Below are positions 24,640 to 37,949 of a stretch of DNA of 64,000 nt, piece by piece (the stretch's first letter is position 1; each line of letters starts with the position of its first letter). Under the pieces are notes generated by a model that was given only the letters and a program-made list of their open reading frames with translations, was not told where the DNA came from and searched no databases. The position numbers and the translations under genes were made by a program. Source of the stretch: Eledone cirrhosa (Eukaryota); the NCBI GenBank assembly GCA_964016885.1, contig OZ024743.1:203422001-203486000 (forward strand), given 5' to 3'.

Positions 24640-27600
24640 TTGGGTATTTGGGTTAAGGTGTCAGTAAGTGCGATTTCTCATCATATGGGCCCTTGGGTTT
24701 TTAAGATAGGTGTTTGAGTGGTGGAGGTTTGTTATCCAACACAAAAGGTAAAGTAAAATAACAAAGGATAGCAAAGCCTAGAGGATGTGTGTAGGCCCAT
24801 TAGTGGTGTTCAATCCGTAACTCCATGGTTAGATGATCAAAACTAAGAGTAGTGTTCAATCGGTAGGAACGTGACCAGTCGTAACTGTGGGAACTCAATG
24901 TTTAAAGAAAACGGGTACTGTGTGTAAAGTTATGTATAGAGAGCGTAAACGGTCTTAACTGAGAGTGCAATATGTCTAGCTATATCCAACCGAGAGAACT
25001 CAAAGGTTAGGGTATCTTAACTAAAGGTAAATGCGCGTAATTTGCCTGAGTGGGTAATCATTTACTAACTAGGTATTCTGAGTGTGTAATCATTCTAACT
25101 ATTTACTAACTAGGCATTCTAAAAGGCACTCAGCTGTAAGAACTCTGTGGAAACAGGCCGAGTACCGTTTGTAAGTGCGCAAACGATCTTAGCTGTCTAA
25201 ATTACCTGAGTGTATGACTGTCTGCTTATTGAGAGAACTATATGGTTAAGTAGAGAGAGAGGAGTTATTGGTGGGTTATTTTCCAAAATTCCTGCGGTAG
25301 GTTTTCGAGGTTCTACGTTGGCAGTTGCTGAAAAAATTCGCTCTTCTATTAATTAATAGGGGGCCGCCTCTAATAATATTAAAGGTTTCAGCTATGCACA
25401 AATTACAGAAGCCAGTGTTGCCGTTGTAAGGCTGGGCTGAGCACACTATGGACCAGGATAAGGAGTGCTCTATATTCTCTTGTTTAAGCTTCCAGACTAA
25501 TTCTGAAAGCGCCGTGCTATTTTTTTATCTAATCTATTAAAGGTACGGCGGTGATTATACCATCTATCCTTAAATTCCGTGGCAGTTGCCCCAACATACC
25601 TGAAGGTTGTATCAAGTGTGGAGACCTTACAGTCGTAGACTATGTTTTTGGTGAGGCATTTCCCAACCATGGGGCAAGTGAAATTACATTTTCTGTTATC
25701 GACCTGGGTACTTCCAGAGGAACCACGGTACCTTTGCGGTCGGGTCTCAGTTTTGTCTGCTCTACGGGTAAGTTCCCAGGGGTTAGGGTGACCCGACTCG
25801 CCTCACGTGTATGAGTCCGTTCATCCATAGAGCTGCCATTAGTTCTGCCATGTCTAGTACCCCCCTCCCCTCCCTTGGGCTGTCCTAAGTCTACTATAAT
25901 TCATCTTAGCTATATTCTGAACTATGTTACTGGTTGTGGAGTGCGACAGCTTGATGATATTCTTATTGAATATTTTATAGTATCTGTGTGATCTAGAGAA
26001 GCATTTGTATAAGGCTCCAAAGAAAAGCGTAGCTATACAAGTGGTCAGGCCAGTGGAGTAAGGAGGGTTATACCACAGGATTTTTCTGGTCCGATGCCTC
26101 TTGTTCTTATTAACTATATTAGAGTTACCTGTCTCCTTAGTAGCTACTGGTCTATTATAACTGAAGACCACCTGTGGGTCGATGGTGTCCTGATTGTATT
26201 CGGAATCGTCCCTAGTCTCCGGGGCGGTGTACCCCCCCCCCCCCGTCCAGTCATTGGATACCCTCGATAGCCGGGGTTATATCCACTATGCGTCTGCTAC
26301 ACCCATCCCTATTCCCTTACTCGACCCTCGTTCCAATTTAGGTTCAACGGTTGTTTTATCAGTTCTACAATTAAGGTTACAATTAGAGTTTCCGCTGGCA
26401 TTACGGTGCTCAGACCCCCTGTTAGTACATGGATGGTTGTTTCCATTGGTACCATCAATATTGGGACTAGGAGGTAATAAAACATGAAGTCTATATTGAT
26501 CCTCCCTCGTATCCAACCTGCTGTTAACTACAGTGTCACTATTTAGGCCTAAGCTATCGCAGGCAATGTTGCTACTACTATTTAATGAACGTTTGAATTA
26601 GATTCCCTCGCTATGCCTCGCGCGTTCCAGGGCGCTATTATAGTAATTCGAGATCCTCTTAAAGGTATCTTCATTGGAAGATAGTCCTGAAATTCTACTA
26701 GAGACGCTTTTGGTAATACCGTTAGTGACTATTCTAGGGTGGTTCGATATTGCGTTGACATAATTTAAATTCTCGTTGGGTTTGTGGTAGGGTTGGGAGA
26801 ATCCTGAATTGAGGTTAAGTGTAACATCTAGAAAATTAACTATCTTTAAGTTCTCTTCAAATACTCTACTTAGGTCTAAGTTCTTGAAGAATGGGCTTAG
26901 TTTTTTCCTCACCCTCTCTACCATACTATTATTATGGAACGACACAGTAAACAAAACGTCGTCACGGTAAGCGCCGCCTCCCAAGTGGGGCATTTCCACT
27001 CCGAGACAGTCGAGGAAGTAAAGGCCCACCAGATCCGTCACCTGGACCGAGTCCGAGGATCCCATGGTGATGTCGAAATTGTCCGGCCAATCCTTCCTGG
27101 TCCACAAGTCACCGTTGAACTCAATTAAGGTTGTCCTAGCTAGGAGAATAATGTTAATTTCTTCAGATGTTAGGTCGGTGAGTAAGCTAGCAAAGTTTAG
27201 GGCCCTACCTAGAAGAGTTGGAGAGATTGAAGAGTAGTAATTAGAGATATCGAACTGTATAAACTTAGTGCTATTCTTATTCTGCGATTTCTCCAACCAG
27301 TTAATTAACTCACTAGTTCCTGACCACAATTTAAGCTTCGATCGCCTAACTAGAGAGGGGATTATTTTATCAAGGATGTTTTTACTCACGATTCCTATGT
27401 CCGACTTCGAAGGGGCTGTTAGCCTGACAGGTCTTGATGATTCAAAGTTTAATTTATGGACTTCAACAAAATCCTCGGAGTTCTAGGATGGAAGGGTTCA
27501 GTTTTATCTTCAATACCCAGTTTAGTCATGACCCTATTGGCCTCCGTGTTGATTAAATCCAGGTTGGTTCGTGTAGTTTTTTTGTAGTTTTTTCTAAGTT

Positions 27601-27985
27601 CTCTGATTATCAAATCGTCATGGGTTACTGTATCCATATGGTACAGGTTGTTAGTATTATCTGCGAGCACCAAAATGCCGATCGAGTTCTTCAATTTTCA
27701 TAGATCACTATTCAGTCGTCTCAGGTAGCTTTTTCTCCTGAGTGGGATTTTCCTAAATTTAAGGTTGGAAACTATGTTAGACATTTCAGTCTCGAATTCT
27801 TCCAGGTACTTATTGTGCGGTGGGTTTCTTCTGGATTTGAATATTTCCTCGATGCTGCGCGTTCCCTCTCTGGGGTGGTTTGTTGGTGTTCCTCTGTCGA
27901 AGTGGAAGGCCTTCCAACGCATTCTACGGACAAAGGAGTAATTGCTAATTTTCTCTCTCATATCAAGAATTTGAAGACAATTGAT
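24640..27985 (-). mobile_element. near full-length Naiad-like PLE (frameshifted RT + GIY-YIG, CDS remnants ~25290-27985)
   Basis: RRMRWKAFHF, ADNTNNLY, FIQFDISNYYSSI, FDITMGSSD...DLVG, YRDD, VNFLDVTLNL, LWYNPPYS, CNFTCP..GKCL..NIVY, YVG.T..EFK.RW.NH, CNLC..E; the 3' UTR boundary is approximate. Confidence 0.88.
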
Positions 27986-28235
27986 TTTCACCTGATGAGA
28001 TCAGTGATAATTGATCATGGCTTTACGATCAATCTATCTCTTATTGAAACATGTGTCGTGATTAAAATGATTGGACATTTTACCTTGCCTTCGGATTTTC
28101 ATTTTGATACAAATACTCTGTTTTACATCATCTAGCTGTTCCCTCGAATGGAATTAGAGATATACTAAAGCGTGGAGAACTTAATATTGGTAACAAAAAT
28201 TTATTGGGCCGTTTTGCACAACCAATAATACACCT

Positions 28236-28240
<5 letters not shown>
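27986..28240 (+). mobile_element. PLE-type 3' end with hammerhead (27988-28062), head-to-head with the minus-strand PLE
   Basis: CAC-CTGATGA-GAT...ATC..-GAAAC-ATGT-GTC-GTG, then a tail and (TA)n. Confidence 0.6.
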
Positions 28241-28302
<62 letters not shown>

Positions 28303-28309
28303 TATATAT

Positions 28310-28344
<35 letters not shown>

Positions 28345-28501
28345 ACATAAGTTAAAACAATGAAATAAAAATTACGATCGTTTCTAGGTGATAATAATAC
28401 ATCGTACACATATTTCGTTATCGATCTGTATAAGATTAGTTACAAAATATCAGATAAGGAATATATTTACCTACGTGTATATCGTCAGCCATTGTCTAAT
28501 A

Positions 28502-28567
<66 letters not shown>

Positions 28568-28585
28568 GTGCGTGTGTGTGTGTGT

Positions 28586-28636
<51 letters not shown>

Positions 28637-30287
28637 CTAGCAGTGTATCCCGGCGTTGCACGAGTAAGAACATTGGTAATAGCACCTCCAATGAGAAGCG
28701 TTTATTTGTGAGTGCCTGTTAAAAATCCACGAAAATATACCGACAGGAAACTTGTTTTATTTGGAGAAAATTAAGAAGTTGAAAGTACAGTTTAGTTGTC
28801 GACGTGCATTGTTCATAAACAATATTGTTGAGCCTCTTCTTTTCATACTGTTTTGGCCTTTTGGAGTAAATGTGAAAGAGAAAGTCACAGGTTAAGTTGG
28901 CAGAAGGTTTCAGTGCATAGCAGTAAGGCGTAGGCTACTTACCTCAAAAGTTCATTCACATTCTTCCACTAAGTTACTCTTTCTTTCTATCTCTGTCGGT
29001 GCAGTCCATTTCAAATTTCTCGCGTAGTCCTGGTGTAGATTTGCACCCGATCCATCTACCCGATGCACATGTCCGCTTTGTACGACTTTTGGAGGAAGGT
29101 GCGACCAGTAGTACGTTGTTCGGTATTAGTACGAAAAGGTGTAGCAGAGAATCCCGCGTGAACTAACAGCTCGCGAGGAAACTGCTTACCTCGAAGATTC
29201 ATTCGCCATCGTTCTTGTCAATGCTCCATTTAGTTGGTATTTGTTGGTCTACAGTTAGATGAATGGCGCACAAAGGGTTAATGTTTATTGGCAAGAAGTG
29301 CAACTGGGCTGGCTTGCCTCGCTTATATTATATATTAAAATAACAGATTAAAGTTTAAGCAAAGAATGGCTGCTTTCACACTTAACGGGATCTTATGAAA
29401 CTAAAAAAATCAATCTGTGAACGCAGCAGTAAATATTTCAAAAACGTTGCAACCGAAGGAAAACAGGAAGACAATACTTTGGTTCGTGAAAGACGTTCCC
29501 TGGCAATGAACGGAAAATAGCGAACATAATAGGTCATCAATATTCGTCAGAATGTCGTAATGCAGACAGCAAGGCATCTTAGTCCTAGATACTTCCGCGC
29601 CGCTCGGCGCATCGAGCAGTAAATACTCGCCAACGATCACGATCAGCGGCAACTTTTTTGAGACCGTACCCGGTGATGTTGACTGCCATCAGGTCCTTCC
29701 GGAACTTTCGTCGCCAGGTGATCCTTGGGCAACCCCGCCTCCGTTTACAGCCAGGCGGAGTCCAGTTCATCGCTGTTTTCGAATGCCGATTATTTGGCAG
29801 ACGCAGAATATAGCCAGCAGACGGCACCGACGCTCCGTGACCACTCTCTGTAGCGTCCACGACTCGGTTCTCCGCAGTATCTCCTCGTTTCGCACTCGGT
29901 CGCTCCAGGAACCACGATGGATCTTTCGCAGGCACCGCTGGTGGAAAGCGTTCAGCCGTCTCTCTGTTTTTGCCGTACTCTTCCAGGTCTCGCTCGCATA
30001 AAGCACTGTCGGCAGCACGATGCTCTTGTACATCTTGCTTTATGCGAGCGAGACCTGGAAGAGTACGTCCAGACATGCAGACAGATATTATAAGAGCGCG
30101 ACGGAGATGGATAACCGGCGCCTAACACCCCTTTAACAAAAGAAAATTGAAAAGTAGAAGCCGCAGTTAATATCTTTAGACCGCGAGGAATATATAAATG
30201 CAAGTTTGAAGTCAAACGGAGTAGAAATGTGGATTTGTATAGACTTTGCAAAAATGAGGGGACACACACACACACAGCCAACTAGTT

Positions 30288-30290
<3 letters not shown>
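28637..30290 (-). mobile_element. non-autonomous Helitron interrupted by an RTE fragment
   Basis: 3' CTAG at 28637-28640 preceded on the minus strand by CTCGTGCAACGCCGGG; shared core 29335-29575; 5' part 30071-30290 homologous to 55675-55920. Confidence 0.6.
29575..30070 (-). mobile_element. RTE-clade LINE 3' fragment with a short 5' inversion
   Basis: YKSIVLPTVLYASETW...LNAFHQRCLRKI..SW.DRVRNEEIL, W.PPGCKRRRGCPRITW, ADRDRWR. Confidence 0.85.
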
Positions 30291-30355
<65 letters not shown>

Positions 30356-30356
<1 letters not shown>

Positions 30357-30552
30357 ACGAAGGAATGGTGGTAAGGAACCAGATGGAACATAACGCACCA
30401 GAGTACTCAATACTTAGGGTAGTAGAGTGGGTAATAGGAAAAAATATGACCCCGACGGCAGAGCTCAAGCCGTTTCGACGGCTATTTCTGAGTTCAGAAA
30501 TAGCCGTCGAAACGGCTTGAGCTCTGCCGTCGGCGTCATACTTTTCCGATAT
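30356..30552. mobile_element. mini fold-back element (family 2)
   Basis: tail on the left, hairpin centred near 30492 (CTGAGTTCAG), TA-rich flanks. Confidence 0.85.
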
Positions 30553-30565
30553 ATACATATATATC

Positions 30566-32460
30566 TCTAAGGCGGGTAAAATTCCCGAGATCCATGGACG
30601 AGTTCTCTCCAGCGGTCTCTGTCCCTCATTATCGCTGCCATGTCCTGCATCTCCAACAGACCAGTGTCTGTCCTTAGGGCATCAACATACGTTAACCTTG
30701 GTCTTCCTCTTCTAGTGTGTCCATGTAGGGGCTCCCAAAGGTGTACTGAGTGCAATGTCAACTCTGGATGTCGGTGAGCATGTCCAGCTAACCTCAGTCT
30801 CCTCTGTGTCACTTTTGAGCTGACTTTTGGGATGCTCCCATACAGCTCTGAGTTTTTCATCCTCAGTGTATACTGATTAATGTTCAGAGCCATCCTCAGC
30901 ATTCTCGTGTAGCACCCATCCACCATCTGAGTGAGTTTCTTGGTCAGTGTCCAAGTCTCAGACCCATACAGCAGTACAGACCCACTACAGCAATGAAGAG
31001 GCGGATTTTCAGGTCTCTACGAAGGTCCGACTTCCACACCGATCTCAAGCTGTGACACGCCGCCCAGGCCTTGCTCTCCTTCTCAACCACATCATCTTCC
31101 GTATTCCCAATCTTTGCTCCCAAATACAGGAAGTCCTCAACCAATTCCAGCGGCTTCCCGCCCACATTAGTGATCCCCTCTGGCTTCTCAACATTCTCTA
31201 CCAGATATTTTGTTTTAGTCTCATTCATTCTCAGCCCCACACTCATCGACACAGTCTCAACCTCCTGCATGAAATCCCCTGCCTCCTTCACTGTATTTGT
31301 CACCAAAACTATGTCGTCGGCAAATTCAGCATCCGATACCTTTTTCGCCCTAACTCTCCTGCTCTGAGCCGGTGCTACAGTAAAGCCAGAGTCCTGGTGT
31401 TTCTCCAGTGCAAGGCGCATACAATAGTCCACTACGATGATAAAAAGGTAGGGAGCCAATGTATCTCCCTGGAGCACTCCAGCCAGTATCTCAAAGAACT
31501 CTGTTCTCCCATCAGGTGTAATGACTTCGGCTTTGGTGTTGGTGTAGAGCAGTGATACCAGGTCCACTAACTTCTTGGGGATTCCATAAGCCTGTAAGAT
31601 CTTCATCAGGCAGTAACGGTCCACAGAATCAAAGGCCTTCCCAAAGTCAATGAAAACCATGACCGCAGGAAGGCACTTTGCTCTAGCTCCCTCTAATATC
31701 CTCCTCAGCATCAGGATGTGACTGGTGGTTGATCTACCCTCTCTGAAGCCGTTCTGGTTGTCCCTGAGCTTCTTCTCCATCTCAGGCTGGATCCTGTTAA
31801 GAATCATCCTGTTGAGGGTCTTTGCCACAAGTCACGTCAGTGAGATCCCCCGGTAGTTGTTGGTGTTAGAGAGATCTCCCTTCTTTGGCACTGGGACGAT
31901 GTTACTGATCCTCCACTGATTCGGGGCAACTCCTTTCTCCAGTGCCCCGTTACAGAACCCCAGCATGATATCATCAAAATCACACCTCTTCATCACCTCT
32001 GATGCCACTCCATCTTCTCTATGAGCCTTGCCCTCCTTGATCCTCTTCTTGGCTCTCTGAAGCTCCTCTCTGGTAAAGGCTCTGTCTCAACATCCAGTTC
32101 CTCAAACAGCCGCCTGATCTCCCCAGTGCTCTGGGCTGTGGAGGGTGGCTCTCCTAGTAGGGTCCTAAAATGGTCTAGCCATTTCCTCTTCCTATCCTCG
32201 GGCCCCGTTCCCTGGATCTGACTCGAACACCTTCTCTTCCTCCCTGTGATCTCGTTGATGATCATCCAGCTCTCCTTACATCCAGATCTGTCAACCGCTC
32301 TCTCCACACTTCTGATCTTCTCTATCAGTCCCTCCTCTCTGACCTCAGTGTAAGCGGTACAGAGCTCTTCCCTCATCACCTCCACAGTCTCCATCCTCTC
32401 CTCCGTAGGATCAGCATAGAATTGGTCCCTGGCAGCTTTCAGGTGTTCTCTGGCTGCACA
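30566..32460 (-). mobile_element. 5'-truncated RTE-group LINE, reverse transcriptase with frameshifts
   Basis: NYRGISL, NQNGFREGRST, FIDFGKAFDSV, GVLQGDTLAPYLF, FADDI, FLYLG, RLRLAGH, RGRP. Confidence 0.9.
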
Positions 32461-33221
32461 CACTTTTGGGTTTGCAGAGCTGACGTGCTTCCCTTTGTTC
32501 TTATATTTATATATTTATATATTACACACACACACACATACGTGTGTGTGTTTGTGTTTGTTTGTTTGTGTGTGTGCATTTGTATGTTTGTGTGTATGTA
32601 TATAAATTTATATATACGCTCAAGCCGCCACATATTTATAAATATACTCACATGGAATAGTATTCGTATTAAGATATTTCAATGATGCCTGTCTCATTAG
32701 CTTTCTACCATTAGTTGTTCATTTCAATTATATGAAAAAGTTCTTCGAAATAATTCGTTTTCAGAAGGAGATTTTGAAAATAGATTTGAAATTCTATCAG
32801 AGAATATAATTCGATTGTCAACGCCAAAACCGAATCGATAGTTTAGATTCGGTGCCGCGATAATATACGATATTCTCCATCTTTCAATTACCTTAACAAA
32901 CCTACTAAACGCCAAGCAACATCCACATACTTATTTAATTTCTATCACTGTATTGAGTCGGTATGTTGATTAATTATCCTGAATGATTTATCGATCGCTC
33001 AATATAATATGGCATGTCAGCACAACCTTGTCAAGGAATCGGTGAAAACATAGGAGGTATATATCACAGCCTAAGTCAAACAATGACCTTAATGACATTA
33101 CGTAATGTACTTCTTATGTTCATTCAAATGGATTGTACACGTACACAAACACAAGCACAAACAAATACACATATACTTATATGTATGTGTGTGTGTGTGT
33201 GTGTGTATATGTTTTAATACA

Positions 33222-33276
<55 letters not shown>

Positions 33277-33287
33277 CAATATATATA

Positions 33288-33342
<55 letters not shown>

Positions 33343-33345
<3 letters not shown>

Positions 33346-33533
33346 ATATAAATGAGATTCTACAGGACTAGAACTGTTTCATTCTTTAGAAATCATCATG
33401 AGATTCCTGATGATCTCTAAAGAATGAAACAGTTCTAGTCCTGTAGAATCTCATCTATATTAAAACTTTTATACTCTATGTATTGAGTACTTTACTTACT
33501 GTGGTTACCTCCGATTCAACCCGGAATAACTTA

Positions 33534-33536
<3 letters not shown>
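33343..33536. mobile_element. mini fold-back element (family 3) made of two inverted hammerhead motifs plus a tail
   Basis: TGAGATTC-CTGATGA-TCTCTAAAGAAT-GAAAC-AGTTCTA-GTC-CTGTA-GAATCTCA on +; its reverse complement lies immediately to the left; tail ~33465-33536; (TA)n flanks. Confidence 0.75.
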
Positions 33537-33589
<53 letters not shown>

Positions 33590-33592
<3 letters not shown>

Positions 33593-33762
33593 CGAAGGAA
33601 TTGTGGTAAGGAACCAGATGGACGATAACGCACAAGAGTACTCAATACTTAGGGTAGTAGAGTGGGTAATAGGAACAAGTATGACCCCAACGGGTATTTC
33701 TGGACTGGAAATAGCCGTCGAAACGGCTTGAGCTCTGCCGTCGGGGTCATACTTGTTCCTAT
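33590..33762. mobile_element. mini fold-back element (family 2) with a deletion in the left arm
   Basis: same tail and right arm as 30356-30552; left arm lacks the segment between the two GACGGC motifs. Confidence 0.8.
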
Positions 33763-34045
33763 ATATATATATATAAGATCAAAAGATGGTTAAAGGAGTT
33801 CCATGTATTTTATTATGCGCATTTCAAAAACAAACATCATCATGCAATTATATTTGTGTTTTCATCAGATAAAACAGGAGAACATGATATGAAGGCTAAA
33901 AAACACTTGTGGATAGTGCAGTTTTAAATCAACCGATATCTGCATTGCTTTATTGTACTACAATAAAACTCACCTCCTACATATATATATATATATATAT
34001 AGTTAGAAAGTGATATGTATATATTATATTTATTATATATATATG

Positions 34046-34133
<88 letters not shown>

Positions 34134-34159
34134 GTAAAGTTATATTTAAAATTGTTAAT

Positions 34160-34235
34160 ATGATATCCCCGAAATATATATAATGAAATAGATATGGTTT
34201 TATAAATATAGTTTTCCATTTATTTAATATTGTAT
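34160..34235 (+). repeat. terminal fragment of the family 5 fold-back arm
   Basis: GAAATAT.TATAATGAAATA.ATATGGTTTTATAAATATAG matches 10125-10185. Confidence 0.6.
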
Positions 34236-34315
34236 ATATGTATATATATATATATATATAGATGTATATATATATATTTTTTTTATATATATAAATATAT
34301 ACTTGCGTATAAATA

Positions 34316-34425
<110 letters not shown>

Positions 34426-34772
34426 GACTAATCGGTGTCGCCAGGGAAAAAGGAATAACAATTATAAATTCGGTGTTGTAAATTCCCTCTTCGTTTAACT
34501 CTAAACTGGCGCTAATACTTAACCCAGATCGTAAATTTAACATGCACCAGTAGAATTTGTTGGGGGCCGAGGTCACTGCATCTGTACACAAACGCAATAG
34601 GTTACAAGATTAACGTGTTACACATCAGCACTAGGACTAGCACATCCTGGTAGAGAATGAAGCGTATATGAGTATATATACAAAGTTTCTGTATAATAAG
34701 CATACAAATATTCTCTCTGTGAATATATATAACTACATTAGTATTCGTTATTTCATTATTATTATATATTGT

Positions 34773-34948
34773 CAGTATCGGTAGAGGGTCGGACGCCATG
34801 CTTTGACGGATAGAGTTACGGCCCTTGCCATTCTGAGTTCAAATCCCGTCGAGGTTAACTTTGCCTTTCATCCTAACGGGGGTCGATAAAATAAAGTACC
34901 AGTAATACACTGGGTAATTGCTGGCCTTGTGCCAAAAGTAGAAACAAT
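34773..34948 (+). mobile_element. SINE family S1
   Basis: S1 body with B box. Confidence 0.85.
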
Positions 34949-34957
34949 TATTATTAT

Positions 34958-35297
34958 ATTTGTTTTGCAAGGTTTTTTTTTTTTCATAAGAAATCATGTG
35001 TTGAAAAAGATATTGCTATATTCGGAGAGGGTCATGTCCTAACATTGCCAAAAATCACAACTGGAGGAACCAGAGATAATCAGTGAACATGTCACAGAAA
35101 TGTATGACGAAAGAACTTTGATAAATCATATTTATATTCATATTTATATTTTTAACTGTTCATCAATCAATGATAAACATTGATTGCCAGCTGAATTATT
35201 CATAAATATACTGAAGCGAAAACCAAACCAAACAGTGAGCGTGTTTTACTAATTTTTGGCAGTATTAGGACATCACCCTCGCTAAATATAACAGTTA
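34958..35297. mobile_element. older family 1-related fold-back
   Basis: left end resembles the inverted family 1 tail and terminus; right end GGACATCACCCTCGCTAAATATAACA; decayed hammerhead GTCACAGAAATGTATGACGAAAGAACT at ~35090-35118. Confidence 0.55.
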
Positions 35298-35464
35298 TTA
35301 TTATAATTATGCGTAATACCTACTTACTACGGTGTACCGATGTTTTAGAGTATATGACTTATAGATTTTGTAGAAGAATCATTTTATTGACTGTTCATTT
35401 ACGTATAGTGCCAGATTGGTACTACCACCCATATATAGAAAGCAAATAGATAGATTAATAGATA

Positions 35465-35690
35465 TATTTCTTTATTTGCCACAAGGGCGCACAAGAAAAG
35501 GGGACAATAGACATATGCCGAGCATTTTACATAAAGTCGTGTAAAAATATTATTAAAACAAACAAATTTAACAATCGAAATCCCCAATAGGGGTGAGGCG
35601 TTACAATTGGGTTGTTTTATACCCCGTAGATAGAACAACCCTCAGCTCCAGGAGCGTGTTGTGCAAGTGCTCCTTTCTTCCTTTTGCTCA
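35465..35690 (-). mobile_element. Tx1/L1-type 3' tip
   Basis: homologous to 35838-36080; GATA-like flanks. Confidence 0.65.
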
Positions 35691-35787
35691 ATAGATAATT
35701 AGATGAATAGAGAGATAGATTAATAGATACATAAATGAACCGATAGATAGACAGAGAGATAGACAAACAGGGAGACAAATAGAAAAA

Positions 35788-35837
<50 letters not shown>

Positions 35838-35838
<1 letters not shown>

Positions 35839-36814
35839 TCTTTCTTTATTTGCCACAGGGCATACAAAAATGGGACATTACAAGATGTGGCGGCGGAGGT
35901 TTTACATAAAAATCACATAACTGTAACTTTAATAAATAACAATAAACTATATATAACAAAATAACAATTGAAATCCCCAATAGGGGGGAACGTTACTGCA
36001 GCGTTGTTTTACACCCCGTGGATAGAACAACCCTCAACACCAGGAATACGTGTTGTAGGTGTTCCCGTCTTCCCTCTGTTTATCTTCCTCAATCTACATG
36101 TTTATATACAGAGAAGGTCCATTCACTCGGGCCATTTTCGCCACATTCACCCATCTTTTAGCGAATTTACTGGGGTGTAGCACCTCTCTGTCCACTCTCA
36201 CCTTCCTTCTGAAGTGGTACTTAAAGAAGGGGATAAGTTGTTGTCCGGAGAGAAAGGTGTTTGCCCTCAGTCCTTTTAACCTCGTCCACCATATTACCTC
36301 TTTCGCCATAGCCACCAGACAGAGGAAAACCGCCTCTCCTTCATTCTTGAATGAAGGCGGCGGGTTGATCCTCACGATGGACTCGGCTGACCAGTGTATG
36401 CGTCCCACATGTGACAGTAGATGTTCGACATAATTCCACAGGTCGGTCACCCCTGGGCAATGAACAATTGCGTGCAAAACAGTTTCGATGTCCTGCTCGC
36501 ATATTGAACAGGTCCTTTTGGCAGGATCTCTGCCAGGGCGTCCGTGCCTGTAGATTTTGTCTCGAACTGGTAGAGCTCCTCGCTAGCACTGCCAGGCCAA
36601 AGACATCTGGAAGTTATCCATAGGCCCTGGACGGAAAGTCCTCCCGAACAGATTGGTCTGTTCATCCCCCTCGATGCCTAGAATTTCCCCGAGAACGTCG
36701 TCGCACTTATCCTCCACTAATCCCCTATAGAATGTCGAAGTGGAGTGTCCGCGCTGATTGCCGTTTCCGCTTGCTAGAGGGCTGTGAGCGCCTGAAGACA
36801 CTCAAGATGCCAGG

Positions 36815-36815
<1 letters not shown>
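35838..36815 (-). mobile_element. 5'-truncated Tx1/L1-clade LINE (zinc-binding RVT C-terminus) in (GATA)n
   Basis: MDNFQMSLAWQC, then frameshifted ALPV..K...HG and ETVLHAIVHCPGVTDLW, AKEVIWWTR; AATAAA; (GATA)n on both flanks. Confidence 0.75.
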
Positions 36816-36857
<42 letters not shown>

Positions 36858-36919
36858 AAGATAGATAGATAGATGGATGAATAGATAGATGGATGAATAG
36901 ATAGATAGAGAGAGAGAGA

Positions 36920-36974
<55 letters not shown>

Positions 36975-37418
36975 AGCGTAGTGCCATAGACGAAATCAAC
37001 TAGCATGATTCTAATGCATTATAACACAAATTTTCAATACAAATTAGATTCCTTTAATCGTTTACATCCAACATCCTCACCAATTCACTATCCAACCTTT
37101 GACAGAAAGCCAAGATATAGGCAAAGCATTTGCAGAAATCTTCTCGCGGATCAATGAATACAGCAATTATATATAGTGCATTATATTTGCTAGATTCCTG
37201 CAGCATCTGCATTGTGTGCCGATTATGCAGATTGATGTTTTAAAATGTGATGTAGATGCACGATAATGTTATGTTCATGGTAGAAAGGTCAAATGTATTA
37301 GAGTAGGATTACTACATAATGTTATAACCCACGACTGACTTTCATATTCTGAAACTAAGGCGACACTCATCGAAATGGGCGCATATATATATATATAATA
37401 GTAATAATAATAATAATA

Positions 37419-37609
37419 ATTGTTTCTACTTTAGGCACAAGGCCAGCAATTTGAAGGGGAGGCGAAAGTCGATTAAATAGACCCCAGTGCATTATTGGTG
37501 CGATACTTAGCTATCTCGGCGGGAGTTGAACTCAGAACGTAAAGGGCTATAACTCTATTATACAAAGCATGTTGTCTGACGCTCTACCGTTACTGCCAAT
37601 CAACCTCCC
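37419..37609 (-). mobile_element. SINE family S1
   Basis: S1 body, long 3' variant, (TAA)n flanks. Confidence 0.8.
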
Positions 37610-37785
37610 ATAATAATAATATTAAATGGAGTATTAAAATTGCTTTACCGGATAGTTAGATGCTTTAAAATGTTGACGTTTTTTTAACTGGAGTTCTATT
37701 ACCTCAGGACGATGTTTAGGTCGGCTGAAACACATGTCAGTTTGAAAATACATTGATTATTTGGTGTTATATATATATATATATA

Positions 37786-37942
37786 ATTCAAAATGGTAAC
37801 CCTCCTGTCAGGAGATCAGAAAATAACCACATAAGGTACTCAATATGGGAATAAGTATATATTTTTTTATATAGCAATGGCTTCTCCAAGACTAAGACCG
37901 TTTCATTCATATGAAATCATCAGAAATTTCTGATAATTTCAA
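37786..37942 (-). mobile_element. PLE-type 3' end (family 4): hammerhead motif, tail and short fold-back
   Basis: minus strand CTGATGA-TTTCATATGAAT-GAAAC-GGTCTTA-GTC; hairpin GAAATCATCAGAAATTTCTGATAATTTC; tail has TATTGAGTACCTTATGTGGTTA; (TA)n. Confidence 0.6.
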
Positions 37943-37949
37943 TAATAAT

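Noticed and set aside
24550-24690. Possible decayed hammerhead at the 3' end of the 25-28 kb PLE, and another at ~37700-37742
   Set aside because: Core nucleotides mismatch (ATGATGA/GCGAC; GGACGA); too degenerate to call.
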